Below, piece by piece: positions 12,298 to 27,000 of a DNA stretch of 64,000 nucleotides. The number at the start of each line of letters is the position of its first letter. The first letter of the stretch is position 1. The position numbers were made by a program, and so were the translations under genes. A model generated the notes under the pieces. That model was not told where the DNA came from, searched no databases, and saw only the letters and a program-made list of their open reading frames with translations. Source of the stretch: Mytilus edulis (lineage: Eukaryota); contig NC_092344.1 of the NCBI RefSeq assembly GCF_963676685.1, positions 125,054,001 to 125,118,000 on the forward strand, given 5' to 3'.

Positions 12298-15200
12298 AGT
12301 TACTCATTGGTTTATAATTACATGTCAGCTCACTCGTTGATTTATCATTATGATATGTAAGCTTACTCATTGGTTGATCATAATGATGTCAGTTTACTCA
12401 TTGGTTGTTCATTACATGTCAGTTTCCTCATTGGTTTATCATTACATGTCACCTTACTCATTGGATGATCATAATGATGTCAGCTTATTCATTGGTTGAT
12501 TATTACATGTCAGCTTACTCATTGGTTGATCATTACATGTCAGTTTACTCATTGGTTGATCATTACATGTCAGCTTACTCATTGGTTGGTCATTACATGT
12601 CAGTTTACTCATTGGTTGATCATTATATGTCAGCTTACTCTTTGTTTGGTCATAACATGTCAGTTTACTTATTGGTTGGTCATTACATGTCAGTTTACTC
12701 ATTGGTTGATCATTACATGTCAGTTTACTCATTGGTTGATCATTATATGTCAGCTTACTCTTTGTTTGGTCATTACATGTCAGTTTACTTATTGGTTGGT
12801 CATTACATGTCAATTTACTCATTGGTTGATCATTATATGTCAATTTACTCATTGGTTGATCATTATATGTCAGTTTACTCATCGGTTGGTCATTACATGT
12901 CAATTTACTCATTGGTTGATCATTATATGTCAATTTACTCATTGGTTGATCATTATATGTCAGTTTACTCATCGGTTGGTCATTACATGTCAATTTACTC
13001 ATTGGTTGATCATTATATGTCAGTTTACTCATCGGTTGGTCATTACATGTCGGCTTACTCATTGGTTGATCATTATGTATCAGTTTACTCATTGGTTGAT
13101 CATTACATATCAGTTTACTCATTGGTTAATCATTACATGTCAGTTTACTCATTGATTGATCATTACATGTCAGGGCCGTGGTGTAGTGCATCGGACTTCT
13201 AACACAAAGGTTCCTGGTTCGATTCCCGTTCGGGATGAAAATTTCAGGAACTCAATTTTCGGCTCTCCCTTGACACCATTTGCGAGTATGGTCTTGAGGA
13301 AACAATGATAGTCTGTCGGAAGGGGCTGATAAATGGCTGACCTGTGTTAAGAGAGATCCATATCTCTTTCACGTTAAAGACACCCTTGTAGATTTCGAGT
13401 AGGCTAATGCCGCTACAAGGATGCACTCATACCCGCAAAGTGGAAAGGGATTAATATAAGTTGCAAAACTTGTTTCCCAATCCACTAAAAATAAATATGT
13501 TTAAAAAAAAAATATATACTCATTGGTTGATCATTACATGTCACTTTACTCAATGGTTGATCATTATATGTGGGCTTACTCATTGGTTGATCATTACGTG
13601 TATGATTACTCATTGGCTGATCATTACATGTCAGTATACTCATTGGTTCAACATTATGTCAGTTTACTCATTGGTTGATCATTACATGTCAGTATACTCA
13701 TTGATGGATCATTACATGTCAGTATACTCATTGGTTGAAGATTATGTCAGTTTACTCATTGGTTGATCATTATATGTCAGATTACTCATTGGTTATTCAT
13801 TACATGTCAACTTACTCATTGGTTGATCATAACATGTCGGCTTACCCATTGGTTGATCATTACATGTCAGTTTACTCATTGATTGGTCATGACATGTCAG
13901 CTTACTCATTGGTTGATCATTACATGTCGGCTTACTCATTGGTTGATTATTACATGTCAGTTTGCTCATAGGTTGATCATTATATGTCAGTTTACTCATT
14001 GGCTGATCATTACATGTCAGTTTACCCATTGGTTGATCATTAAATGTCAGTTTACTCATTGGTTGATCATTATATGTCAGTTTATTCATTGGTTGATCAT
14101 AACATGTCGGCTTACTCTTTGTTTGGTCATTACATGTCGGCTTACTCATTGGTTGATCATTATATGTCAGTTTACTCATTGGTTGATCATTATATGTCAG
14201 TTTACTATTTGTTTGGTCATTATATGTCAGCTTACTCATTGGTTGATCATTACATGTCGGCTTACCAATTGGTTGATCATTTTGTGTCAGTATACTCATT
14301 GGTTGATCATTTTATGTCAGCTTACTCATTGTTGATCATTATATGTCAGTTTACTCATTGGTTGATCATAACATGTCAGCTTACTCATTGGTTGATCATT
14401 ACATGACGGCTTACCCATTGGTTGATCATTACATGTCAGTTTACTCTTTGGTTGATCATTATATGTCAGTTTACTCATTGGTTGATCATTATATGTCAGT
14501 TTACCCATTGGTTGATCATGTCATGTCAGCTTACTCATTGGTTGATCATTACATGTCGGCTTACTCATTGGTTGATCATTATATGTCAGCTTACTCTTTG
14601 TTTGGTCATTATATGTCAGCTTATTCATTGGTTGATCATTACATGTCGGCTTACCCATTGGTTGATCATTTTGTGTCAGTATACTCATTGGTTGATCATT
14701 ATATGTCAGCTTACTCATTGGCTGATCATTACATGTCAGTATACTCATTGGTTCAACATTATGTCAGTTTACTCATTGGTTGATCATTACATGTCAGTAT
14801 ACTCATTGGTGGATCATTACATGTCAGTATACTCATTGGTTCAACATTATGTCAGTTTACTCATTGGTTGATCATTATATGTCAGATTACTCATTGGTTA
14901 ATCATTTTGTCAACTAACTCATTGGTTGATCATTACATGTCGGCTTACCCATTGGTTGATCATTACATGTCAGTTTACTCATTGATTGGTCATTACATGT
15001 CAGTTTACTCATTGGTTGATCATTACATGTCGGCTTACTCATTGGCTGATCATTACATGTCAGTATACTCATTGGTTCAACATTATGTCAGTTTACTCAT
15101 TGGTTGATCATTACATGTCAGTATACTCATTGGTTGATCATTACATGTCGGCTTACCCATTGGTTGATCATTACATGTCAGTTTACTCATTGATTGGTCA

Positions 15201-16188
15201 TTACATGTCAGCTTACTCATTGGTTGATCATTACATGTCGGCTTACCCATTGGTTGATCATTACATGTCAGCTGACTCATTGGTTGATCATTACATGTCG
15301 GCTTACCCATTGGTTGATCATTACATGTCAGTTTACTCATTGATTGGTCATTACATGTCAGCTTACTCATTGGTTGATCATTACATGTCGGCTTACTCAT
15401 TGGCTGATTATTACGTCAGTTTACCCATTGGTTTATCATTATATGCCAGTTTACTCATTGGTTGATCATTATATTCAGTTTATTCATTGGTTGATCATAA
15501 CATGTCGGCTTACTCTTTGTTTGGTCATTACATGTCGGCTTACTCATTGGTTGATCATTATATGTCAGTTTACTCATTGGTTGATCATTATATGTCAGCT
15601 TACTCTTTGTTTGGTCATTATATGTCAGCTTACTCATTGGTTGATCCTTACATGTCGGCTTACCCATTGGTTGATCATTTTGTGTCAGTATACTCATTGG
15701 TTGATCATTATATGTCAGCTTACTCATTGGTTGATCATTATATGTCAGTTTACTCATTGGTTGATCATAACATGTCAGCTTACTCATTGGTTGATCATAA
15801 CATGTCAGCTTACTCATTGGTTGATCATTACATGTCGGCTTACCCATTGGTTGATCATTACATGTCAGTTTTCTCTTTGGTTGATCATTATACGTCAGTT
15901 TACTCATTGGTTGATCATTATATGTCAGTTTACTCATTGGTTGATCATTACATGTCAGTTTACTCTTTGGTTGATCATTGTATGTCAGTTTACTCTTTGG
16001 TTGATCATTGTATGTCAGTTTACTCATTGGTTGAACATTGTATGTCAGCTTACCCATTGGTTGATCATTACATGTCAGTTTTCTCTTTGGTTGATCATTA
16101 TACGTCAGTTTACTCATTGGTTGATCATTATACGTCAGTTTACTCATTGGTTGATCATTACATGTCAGTTTTCTCTTTGGTTGATCAC
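12298..16188. repeat. 30-bp satellite/minisatellite (CATTGGTTGATCATTACATGTCAGTTTACT)n, roughly 115-120 copies
   Basis: Clear 30-nt periodicity with scattered point variants and 2-nt deletions, degenerate at the left edge. Interrupted by a SINE at 13173-13512. Confidence 0.95.
13173..13512 (+). mobile_element. tRNA-derived SINE inserted in the 30-bp satellite
   Basis: tRNA-like head (TGGTGTAGTG A-box, GGACTTCTAA anticodon-like arm, B-box GGTTCGATTCC at 13216-13226), a unique body and an A-rich tail. A second, 5'-truncated copy lies on the minus strand at 35091-35350. Confidence 0.85.
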
Positions 16189-16472
16189 TCGGAAGTATCC
16201 AAATGTAACAAGGCTGAGGACATGAGGGTAACGTCCAGTCATTTTCGAAGCAGTATGCCTGGTCTTTCATTTAGGATAATTTAGTTTGATAGTTGAATCG
16301 CAGAATAGTGTTTCAAGTTAACTTTTGTTCGTAAAAATAGTCTATGTCATCGGCCAAGGCAAGCGGAGAGGACTGATACGCAGACCCGTGGACATATTTC
16401 ATCTGAAATTGAACCTAGTGGAGTGATGGCTTCTCATTTGACTATAGCAACTAACAACTAAAACACCATGCC

Positions 16473-17630
16473 CAGGGGCGTAGCTAGAAGAAAACGATGT
16501 GCAAGCAAGCCAACTACCGCCGAGCAGAGCGAGTGGAAAAAATTTTGGGACCCTTTAATGCAGAAAAATGTTTTTTTTTTCGGTTTTCAGTCATAGGACG
16601 GTTTAAAGAGGAGCTACATGTAGATAGGACTTATAAACAATTTATGAACGTAAAACTTTCAATACTTGAATCTTCTGAATAGAGTAAGTCATGGTTAATT
16701 TAATACATAAACAACACATTTTTGAATTACAGAATTTACTCAAAATTGACCAAAATCTGCTCTTCGGGTCTAAGCAGAAACGAACTTCTCTATTACTTTG
16801 TCAACATTCACACTGAAATCCAAATCAATATGCAGTTAAATGCTAGCGATGATAACCTGTCGTTGTTCGTTGTTGATCGTACATTTGTTTTTAACAGACT
16901 TAATACATTGATTGATCTGCACAGTAGCACTCGCGAGATGTTATAAACCAGCGTACGTGTTCTCCATCGAGCGACCTCCCGATTGAAATTGTCCGCCAAA
17001 TACATCATGCAAGGTGATTTTTTTTATGTCTCAGACAATGTTGAGAATTATTTGTTGGTTATTTTTCCTACAACACGAGGAAGCAGATATGACACAAAGA
17101 AGCTATTTTCTGATAATACCAGACACCCTCTACTCTCCAATTCCATATACCGTAATCATATGGTCTACGTGTGTGAACGCAAAATATAATGAGACTTTCC
17201 AATGCTGTTTTCAGGGATTATTGGCTCTGGTAGTCTGTCGAATACATCGCCTCGGCATATTTTCAATTATATCAAAGGGTTTCGATAAATCTAATGATCG
17301 ATTGGCACATCGCATCGCAAACAGATAAGCCGTACTCTGTAAAATGTGCTCCGAAACTACACGTCTTAGACTGAGTATAATAAATTCAAATCTGGTAAAC
17401 ATGGTAAAGATACAAGTTACTGTCCGATTTGTAAATGATCTCCAATGAAACGTTTATTTTGAAATGCCGTTTTTTAATGACAGTTCATCAATTAAAAAAG
17501 TGACAACATATGTGTTTCCTTTAACCATAATTAATTTTAAATTATAAATTTTTATTTTGTCATTTTTTTTTTGCTTGCCGAATCGATGTGCACGCAACTG
17601 CGTGTTAGCGTATAGGGAGCTACGCGCCTG
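16473..17630 (-). mobile_element. Non-autonomous hAT-type element with 5-bp TSD and decayed transposase C-terminus
   Basis: TIRs CAGGGGCGTAGCT / AGCTACGCGCCTG (12/13). TSD ATGCC at 16468-16472 and 17631-17635. Minus-strand RSINVLSLLKTNVRSTTNNDRLSSLA resembles the hAT dimerisation motif ERSFSxLxxxKTxLRSxMxxxRLxxLA. Confidence 0.75.
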
Positions 17631-20600
17631 ATGCCATCCTGATATCGTTTCTTGCGACATTGTAAACGACGTGATAAAACAAATCAATTTGTAATAGATC
17701 GTGATAAGTCCTAGGCTTATGAATTCCCGTTTCTATCTAGGTTCAAATACTAATTTTATTTTCATTCAGTAAAGAACAAAGATCCAATATTCCCCGCCAT
17801 GCACATTACATGTCATATTTTATCTATCAAAAACCAAGGAACAAGGGAATAACTAAAAAAAAACTTTTGTTTTGTTTCGTTTTCTTTTTTATTTTCAATA
17901 TCTAAAAAGAAATAAAAGCTTCACAGCAAATGAAATGGGATTTCCATTACAATTTATATTTCAAAGGGTCATTATACTGCTTAAAAATATTTGATTACGA
18001 ATTATTTTCGAAATTGTCAAAGACATTGCTTATGATATGAGTTTCACTTAATCTGACAAGAATTGTACACATGAGAGTGCTAACAAGACCGGACGATCGG
18101 ACGCCCAGTATTTTTATGTCTCATGCATGCGTTTAGCTCAGTAATAAAAAACCCAAGGTTATAGACTCCAATTCCTGGAAAGAGAAGTCACTTCAGTTCC
18201 TATACTCCGAAGTTCCTAAATTATACAGAAGTGCCGCTGTAATGGGGTCCGTTTAAACGGTTTTTGATATGTCAAATAGAAGATTGGGTGGGAAACTTTA
18301 CATCAAATATTTATGAATTGAATGATGGTAGTTTCAAGGAAACAATAAAATTGGGTTAAAAATATAAATATATGAATTGGTGGGTATTTTGAATTTAAAC
18401 AAAAATCTAACTAGTGTCGGATTCTGGGGGAGTACATGTGCTTAAATAAAAAATATTTTTCTGCACAAAAAGGTCCAAAACATTTTTCGGCTCGCTCCGC
18501 TCGGCAAAACATCCACATCATTTCAACCCTGGCTACGCCACTGTCAACTAAATTCTGAAAAAACTATTGTAACCCATTACTCATTTTTTACTCTCAACAT
18601 ATATCAGATAACTAACAATATTATAGAGCTACTGTTGTCGATATAAGGTTCCTATTTAGAATATAGTAATGTCATAAAGAAATAATGTCTTATTGATGAA
18701 TAATATATGAAGATAGCCTGGTCTTTAGGTACTTATATACAGGGATCTTCACTTAGAATTAGCTGTTCCAGTAATCAGTGAAGAAATATGTTAACAAAAT
18801 ATGCAATATTGTTGTTGAATAAAAAAAAAGAATAATTATATAATGTGGTATAGGGTAGCACTTACAATAATATTGTGTGTGGCATCTTGAATTTTTACTA
18901 CCAGTCTCTGAACTCCTGTTTTTGTTTTGATGACACACAAAGAATACTGTATACCAAGTAGGTACTAACAGTACAAACAAGATTTAAATGATTACATTTC
19001 TGTCTGTCAAGACTTTGAAAATGATGCCTCTATAAAATTTGGTTGAGGCAAAAAAGTTAGAAAATGGAAACAAAACATTTAGCAATTTTTCCGTTTGTAA
19101 AGGGCATAGCTCTCGTACTGTTCAAATGACTCCACCAAAATTCTAAATTGATCTGTGTTTTGTGGTAATGAGCATTGTGCATATAACTTGATGTACATAC
19201 TGACATGGGTAAAACTTAATGTCAACTCTGTTACGGTGGGGGGCATAAAAATAAATGGAGATATATATGTTAAAAGAGATGCCACCAACTTAATCTATGT
19301 TTTGTGGTTATAAACAGTGTAAGTTTCATAATATTTGGTTGGGGCAAACCTAAATTGAGAAAACAGAAACAATTTTTTCCCCTATTTTTATGTGTGTAAG
19401 GGTCATATGAACTGTTATAGTGACACCACCCAATTTCAAACTTGACCTGTGTTTTGTGGTAAATTATTAAGCATTGTGTAAAAGTTTTATAACACTTGGT
19501 TGAAGGAAACTAAAGTTAGAGAACAGAACCCGTTTCGGGATGAATGCAACAGACAAGGGTAACACTTCATATTCCCTTAGCCTAGCAGCAGGGGATAAAA
19601 ACATGAAAAAGTTGTCTTTGCATGCCTGGAATACTGGGCAAGAAGACATGTTATTACACATAACTCCACTCATACTTTGTTGCATATGTTTATTGGTTTT
19701 GTATTATAGAACAATTACACTCAAGTAATGATGACATTATTTTTACAAAGTTTTATCCTATATTTATTGTTTATCTCTCATTTGTTCAATAGTTACATTT
19801 GTATAGTAATATCAGTTTTGCTACATAAGATAAACTCCAGCTCCAATTTTACATAAATGACATGAAATATGGCCCCATTGTGATGAATTCTAACGTGATG
19901 AGGTCAGACTGTTGGTGAACACAGTGTGGTTGTTGTAAGAAAATAAACAATATTTTCTACAAGAAAGTTAAATTGTAGTTACCTAAATCAAAACTAACAT
20001 CTTTCTCAGAGCAGTTATACCCTATAGCTTTGGCAAAATGACTCAGTTTACAAAACTTTTGCCTGCAGTTGCATATCCAGGGGTAGTTTGGGGGGTTTGA
20101 CATTCAATGCATTTGAATAGGGCGATATGGTAGGAACACCCCAACCCCCCTTGTATCCTGGGTTGGGAACCCTCATTTTTCGGTTCAGCCTCTGACCTGG
20201 GCCACTAAATTTTCTGGCTAACAGACGGCAAATTCAGCTGCCAAATTAAACCAAGCAGCATTTGTATAAGCTTTGTAAAACACAGATTCATAAGACAGAA
20301 ATTACATAAATGATTTGTTATCTGATTATTATCTACATAGAATACATAAAGAGCACCATTTAAATAAGTAATTCAAGACCTAAAAAACAGTACCATTCAT
20401 TAGCTGCTAAAACAGGGCTGATTAATCTCTTATCAGAAATTAAAACCATTTTATACAATAATTAAATACATTAACATAGATAAATATACTTAAAACAAGA
20501 CAAGCTTTTTACATGAATATAAAACAAGACTGAAATCCTATGTTTTACTATTTTTACACCTCCTATTTTGATCTAAATACTCTAAAGCAAGTCTTGCTAT

Positions 20601-20892
20601 GTTGGGTGTGTAGCATGGTTTTAGTTAAATTCTAACATAATAACTTGACTCAAAACCTGTAAGAAATTTGAAGTATATTTTAGTTTGTAATATACAGCGC
20701 TTTATGTCTAAGAAGGAATACAATGAGTTATAAGTACAAACGAACAGATTTACAGATAAGAAGTTTTGTAAAAGAAAAGAATGAAGTAGAACAAAGATGT
20801 AAAACTACTGTACATTTATATATACATCGTGCTGAGTAATGACAAAGAACACATTCTGTGGTATATACATCATGTTACAAAACAACATTTCT

Positions 20893-21099
20893 CTACGTTG
20901 CTATCTCTTCAACTCTGGCTCGTTTTGCAGACTGCTTCTTCTTTGTTGTCGTTGAATCATTTTCTTTATTGGCTGACGATGACGTTGATTTGTGATGCTG
21001 AACGTACCTGGTTACCGTGGAAACACCATCTACAAACCGGGTCTTGTATAAAACGTTGGCGTTATTAAACATACCATCCTTCAATGAGACGACGATGAA
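20893..21099 (-). CDS. SMC2: SMC2 terminal exon copy B (distal), ending ...[21 protein letters not shown]
   Basis: Acceptor TTTTATTTTCAG, phase 0, open to TAG at 20895-20893 (ORF 20893..21117). Confidence 0.85.
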   Translation of the reverse strand, partial: FIVVSLKDGMFNNANVLYKTRFVDGVSTVTRYVQHHKSTSSSANKENDSTTTKKKQSAKRARVEEIAT

Positions 21100-24000
21100 C
21101 TGAAAATAAAATATCAAAGGTAGGTAAAGTCATTACGTTATATCTCGTGACGTAGATGGCGCTGTGGTCGATGTGAATCGTTCCACCGTAGATACACCAT
21201 CAATAAACCGTGTCTTGTATAAGACGTTGGCATTTTGAAACATCCCGTCTTTCAAAGACACCACAATAAACTGAAAATAAAATTACAATTTGTTTACAAA
21301 TCTTTCAAATAGAAAATTTCTAGCATGCTCTAAACTTACTTCTAAGCTACTTCTTGTCCTTGCCAGAAATATTTCTTACCAGTTCTTTTAAATATATTAT
21401 TTTAAACTTAATATGAGGGAAGCAAACAACATCATGCAATAAACATTTCATTGTATAGCAAAAGTTTGAAGACTAAGTTAAATCTCAAAAGTTAAAACCA
21501 TATCAGCATTGACTCCAATTCTGAAATATGTCTGACAATTCAAGTCAAACATAAAACAAAATTGGTTTTGCTTTTATCCAATTTTCCACCCTGTAGAAAC
21601 CTTGCTATACAATAAATGAAAAAAAAATAATTATATGAGGTACCAGTTTTCATGTTGTAAACAAAAGTATAATTCTTACAATCAGTTTTAATCTACTATC
21701 AAGAAGACGATTATTCTTTTTGTCAAGGGGTACTTTACGGATCATCCAGAGCCAAAAAATCCCAATCTTCAATATCATAAGGGTCAAACTCTTAACAGTA
21801 AATGTCAAAACCATCAAAATTTGACCTTTATTTTTATCATTCATGACATCGGTTCACATCTTAAAAGATTTAGTCATGTGATTCTCTAATTATCTTGAAA
21901 CAATCCAACCTAGACATTTAATCTCCCTTTGACTGAAGACATAATGCATTCTAATGATTGAAGTAGTAGAATTTTTATTGGATCATAGATCTTATGTATG
22001 AAACAAATTTGACATAAAATCATGAAAACTGATACGTATCGAAATGTGTAAATTCTTATCATACAGTGCAGTGCTATTATAAGGTGGTTGACAAAGGGTA
22101 AAAAGGCTTTATTTGATACAAAAGTTGGCTGAACACATAATGTATCAGGGCTCACACTACTTCAGAATTATAGGGAGAAGTGACTTCTCTTTTTGAAACT
22201 GATAGAGAGAAGTGGTGAGATTTGAAAGAGAAGTGCTCATTCGCGCGGTGCGCTACAATGTTTGGATTTTACAATAGTATAAAGGGCCATATGTAAATAA
22301 TGTTCTTTTTAAATTGTTCAATTCATATCTGAGTAAAAAAAATACAATTAAAGTAACATTTGAAATTAAAAGTTGTTTAAGTTTTACTAAGGTTCTTGTG
22401 AGAAACTTATTCCAACTAAATATCTAGCACTAAAAAAAAAATTATTTTAAAAAATGTAAAGAAATTATAATATATCATTATTACAATTTAATTAAAAATT
22501 ATCTTGTGTATGAAATTCAGTGTTTCTCATAAAAAAATATAAAAGTTATTAAGCTGGGCCATAATATATTGAAATTAGTATAATAGTCTCAGAGTTAAGC
22601 AACTTTGATAGTTTGAAACAATCCATAAAAAAATATAGGGAATTATATACACCAATCAATTAGATGTAACCAAAAGTCTCTTAATGTGTGTGGAATGCGT
22701 AATTGATCCTTTGGGATCAATATTCTTCTGTCAGCTGTTCCGTCCGTGCGTCCGTAGTAATTATTGTAAAAGTACGGATTTCGGTCATAGCTGGTCCGGT
22801 TCAGATCCGTAGTTTAGAAATCGGTCAATGGCGGACGAATGCAAGAAAATTTACAAAAATAAACGATGTTTGACAAGTTATTTGAAAAGGAACATGACGT
22901 TTTTAATGCAATAAATGGATTAAACATTTACTGGAGGCAACTTTATCACGTTTAAATGAAGTAACAAACTTATTTTGCCGCCGAAATTTAGGTTGATGTA
23001 CGTTTTCGAGTAACAAACACCGGAACTGGCGAAAATGCATGAAGTGATAAAAAGTTGTATTTTTATCAAATAACCTGCTACACACTGCGAAGACAATGCT
23101 TCTACCTCTTTTCTAAAGATAATGAATCTTTTATGTCTGAATTTCTTTAATTATCAATAAAAAAATGATGTTTCATCAACTTGGTAAAAATTGAAAATGT
23201 CCGATGACGGAAGCGACTGAAAGCGAGTATCGTCAAGAACAGGGCGACTTGATTTCGCTTTTGGGGGTCGGGGAAAGCGAAGTGACGGTCGGGAAGGCGA
23301 CTTCTTCACCCAAGTCGCCTGGTAGCGTGAGCCCTGATGTATGAAACAGGTGTTACCATAGCATGTAACAACTATAAATCATCTGTAATATTTTGTTTTA
23401 ATAAGGATAAATAATCATTAAATGTACATATTTTGGGAAAACTTCTTCAGACATGCCAAAACAATTAATATGTTGAAAGTATGGTATTTATTATTTTTTT
23501 CAAACAGTATGACTTCGGTTTTTTAACAACCCTCTAGTCCCTGTTGTCAATTCTTTCCACACCATAAATTAGCACTGTTTTATTAGTAGGACACTTCCAA
23601 ACATCTGCATTGCTAATAAAATTGAAAAAACAACAACAAAAGTAGTCCAATAATTACCTGTGAATGTTTAAAGTGAGATTTAATCATCTGTCCAATGTTC
23701 TGTGTGTGTGATATGTCTAAAGCAGCATCAACCTCATCCAGGATATATAATGGTGCTGGCTTGAATAACAACATGGCTAAAATCAGGGACAAGGCTATCA
23801 GTGATCTAGAAAGAGAATTAACAGGATATATAATGGTGCTGGCTTAAATAACAACACGGCTAAAATCAGGGACAAGGCTATCAGTGATCTAGAAAGAGAA
23901 TTAACAGGATATATAATGGTGCTGGCTTGAATAACAACATGGCTAAAATCAGGGACAAGGCTATCAGTGATCTAGAAAGAGAATTAACAGGATATATAAT

Positions 24001-27000
24001 GGTGCTGGCTTGAATAACAACATGGCTAAAATCAGGGACAAGGCTATCAGTGATCTAGAAAGAGAATTAACAGGATATATAATGGTGCTGGCTTGAATAA
24101 CAACATGGCTAAAATCAGGGACAAGGCTATCAGTGATCTAGATAGAGAATTAACAGGATATATAATGGTGCTGCCTTAAATAACAACATGGCTAAAATCA
24201 GGGACAAGGCTATCAGTGATCTAGAAAGAGAATTAACAGGATATATAATGGTGATGGCTTGAATAACAACATGGCTAAAATCAGGGACAAGGCTATCAGT
24301 GATCTAGAAAAAGAATTAACAGGATATATAATGGTGCTGGCTTGAATAACAACATGGCTAAAATCAGGGACAAGGCTATCAGTGATCTAGAAAGAGAATT
24401 AACAGGATATATAATGGTGCTGGCTTGAATAACAACATGGCTAAAATCAGGGACAAGGCTATCAGTGATCTAGATAGAGAATTAACAGGATATATAATGG
24501 TGCTGGCTTGAATAACAACATGGCTAAAATCAGGGACAAGGCTATCAGTGATCTAGAAAGAGAATTAACAGGATATATAATGGTGCTGGCTTGAATAACA
24601 ACATGGCTAAAATCAGGGACAAGGCTATCAGTGATCTAGAAAGAGAATTAACAGGATATATAATGGTGCTGGCTTGAATAACAACATGGCTAAAATCAGG
24701 GACAAGGCTATCAGTGATCTAGATAGAGAATTAACAGGATATATAATGGTGCTGGCTTGAATAACAACATGGCTAAAATCAGGGACAAGGCTATCAGTGA
24801 TCTAGAAAGAGAATTAACAGGATATATAATGGTGCTGGCTTGAATAACAACATGGCTAAAACCAGGGACAAGGCTATCAGTGATCTAGAAAGAGAATTAA
24901 CAGGATATATAATGGTGCTGGCTTGAATAACAACATGGCTAAAATCAGGGACAAGGCTATCAGTGATCTAGAAAGAGAATTAACAGGATATATAATGGTG
25001 CTGGCTTGAATAACAACATGGCTAAAATCAGGGACAAGGCTATCAGTGATCTAGAAAGAGAATTAACAGGATATATAATGGTGCTGGCTTGAATAACAAC
25101 ATGGCTAAAATCAGGGACAAGGCTATCAGTGATCTAGAAAGAGAATTAACAGGATATATAATGGTGCTGGCTTGAATAACAACATAGCTAAAATCAGGGA
25201 CAAGGCTATCAGTGATCTAGAAAGAGAATTAACAGGATATATAATGGTGCTGGCTTGAATAACAACATGGCTAAAATCAGGGACAAGGCTATCAGTGATC
25301 TAGAAAGAGAATTAACAGGATATATAATGGTGCTGGCTTGAATAACAACATGGCTAAAATCAGGGACAAGGCAATCAGTGATCTAGAAAGAAAATAGACA
25401 AGATATATAATGGTGCTGGCTTGAATAACAACATGGCTAAAATCAGGGACAAGGCTACCAGTGATCTAGAAAGAGAATTAACAGGATATATAATGGTGCT
25501 GGCTTGAATAACAACATGGCTAAAATCAGGGACAAGGCTATCAGTGATCTAGAAAGAGAATTAACAGGATATATAATGGTGCTGGCTTGAATAACAACAT
25601 GGCTAAAATCAGGGACAAGGCTATCAGTGATCTAAAAAGAGAATTAACAGGATATATAATGGTGCTGGCTTGAATAACAATATGGCTAAAATCAGGGACA
25701 AGGCTATCAGTGACCTAGAAAGAGAATGGACAAGATATATAATGGTGCTGGCTTGAATAACAACATGGCTAAAATCAGGGACAAGGCTATCAGTGATCTA
25801 GAAAGAGAATTAACAGGATATATAATGGTGCTGGCTTAAATAACAACATGGCTAAAATCAGGGACAAGGCTATCAGTGACCTATAAAGAGAATGGACAAG
25901 ATATATAACGGTGCTGGCTTAAATAACAACATGGCTAAAATCAGGGACAAGGCTATCAGTGATCTAGAAAGAGAATTAACAGGATATATAATGGTGCTGG
26001 CTTAAATAACAACATGGCTAAAATCAGGGACAAGGCTATCAGTGATCTAAAAAGAGAATTAACAGGATATATAATGGTGCTGGCTTGAATAACAATATGG
26101 CTAAAATCAGGGACAAGGCTATCAGTGACCTAGAAAGAGAATGGACAAGATATATAATGGTGTTGGCTTGAATAACAACATGGCTAAAATCAGGAACAAG
26201 GCTATCAGTGATCTAGAAAGAGAATTAACAGGATATATAATGGTGCTGGCTTAAATAACAACATGGCTAAAATCAGGGACAAGGCTATCAGTGACCTAGA
26301 AAGAGAATGGACAAGATATATAACGGTGCTGGCTTAAATAACAACATGGCTAAAATCAGGGACAAAGCTATCAGTGATCTAGAAAGAGAATTAACAGGAT
26401 ATATAATGGTGCTGGCTTAAATAACATGGCTAAAATCAGGGACAAGGCTATCAGTGACCTAGAAAGAGAATGGACAGGATATATAATGGTGCTGGCTTAA
26501 ATAACAACATGGCTAAATCAGGGACAAGGCTATCAGTGATCTAGAAAGAGAATTAACAGGATATATAACGGTGCTGGCTTGAATAACAACATGGCCAAAA
26601 TCAGGGACAAGGCTATCAGTGATCTAGAAAGAGAATTAACAGGATATATAACGGTGCTGGCTTGAATAACAACATGGCTAAAATCAGGGACAAGGCTATC
26701 AGTGATCTAGAAAGAGAATGGACAAGATATATAATGGTGCTGGCTTGAATAAAAACATGGCTAAAATCAGGGACAAGGCTATCAGTGACCTAGAAAGAAA
26801 ATTGACGAGATATATAATGGTGCTGGCTTGAATAACAACATGGCTAAAATCAGGGACAGGGCTATCAGTGACCTAGAAAGAAAATGGACAAGATATATAA
26901 TAGTGCTGGCTTGAATAACAACATGGCTAAAATCAGGGACAAGGCTATCAGTGACATAGAAAGAGAAAGGACGAGATATATAATGGTGCTGGCTTGAATA

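Noticed and set aside
13173-13235. tRNA-Arg gene
   Set aside because: The D-arm and acceptor stem are incomplete and the sequence runs into a repeated body with an A-tail, so it is a SINE head.
12405-16284. Many long ORFs on both strands (MSVYSLVDHY, LIITCQFTHW and SKLTCNDQPM repeats)
   Set aside because: They arise because the 30-bp unit lacks stops in several frames. Frequent frameshifting indels and a SINE insertion show no coding constraint.
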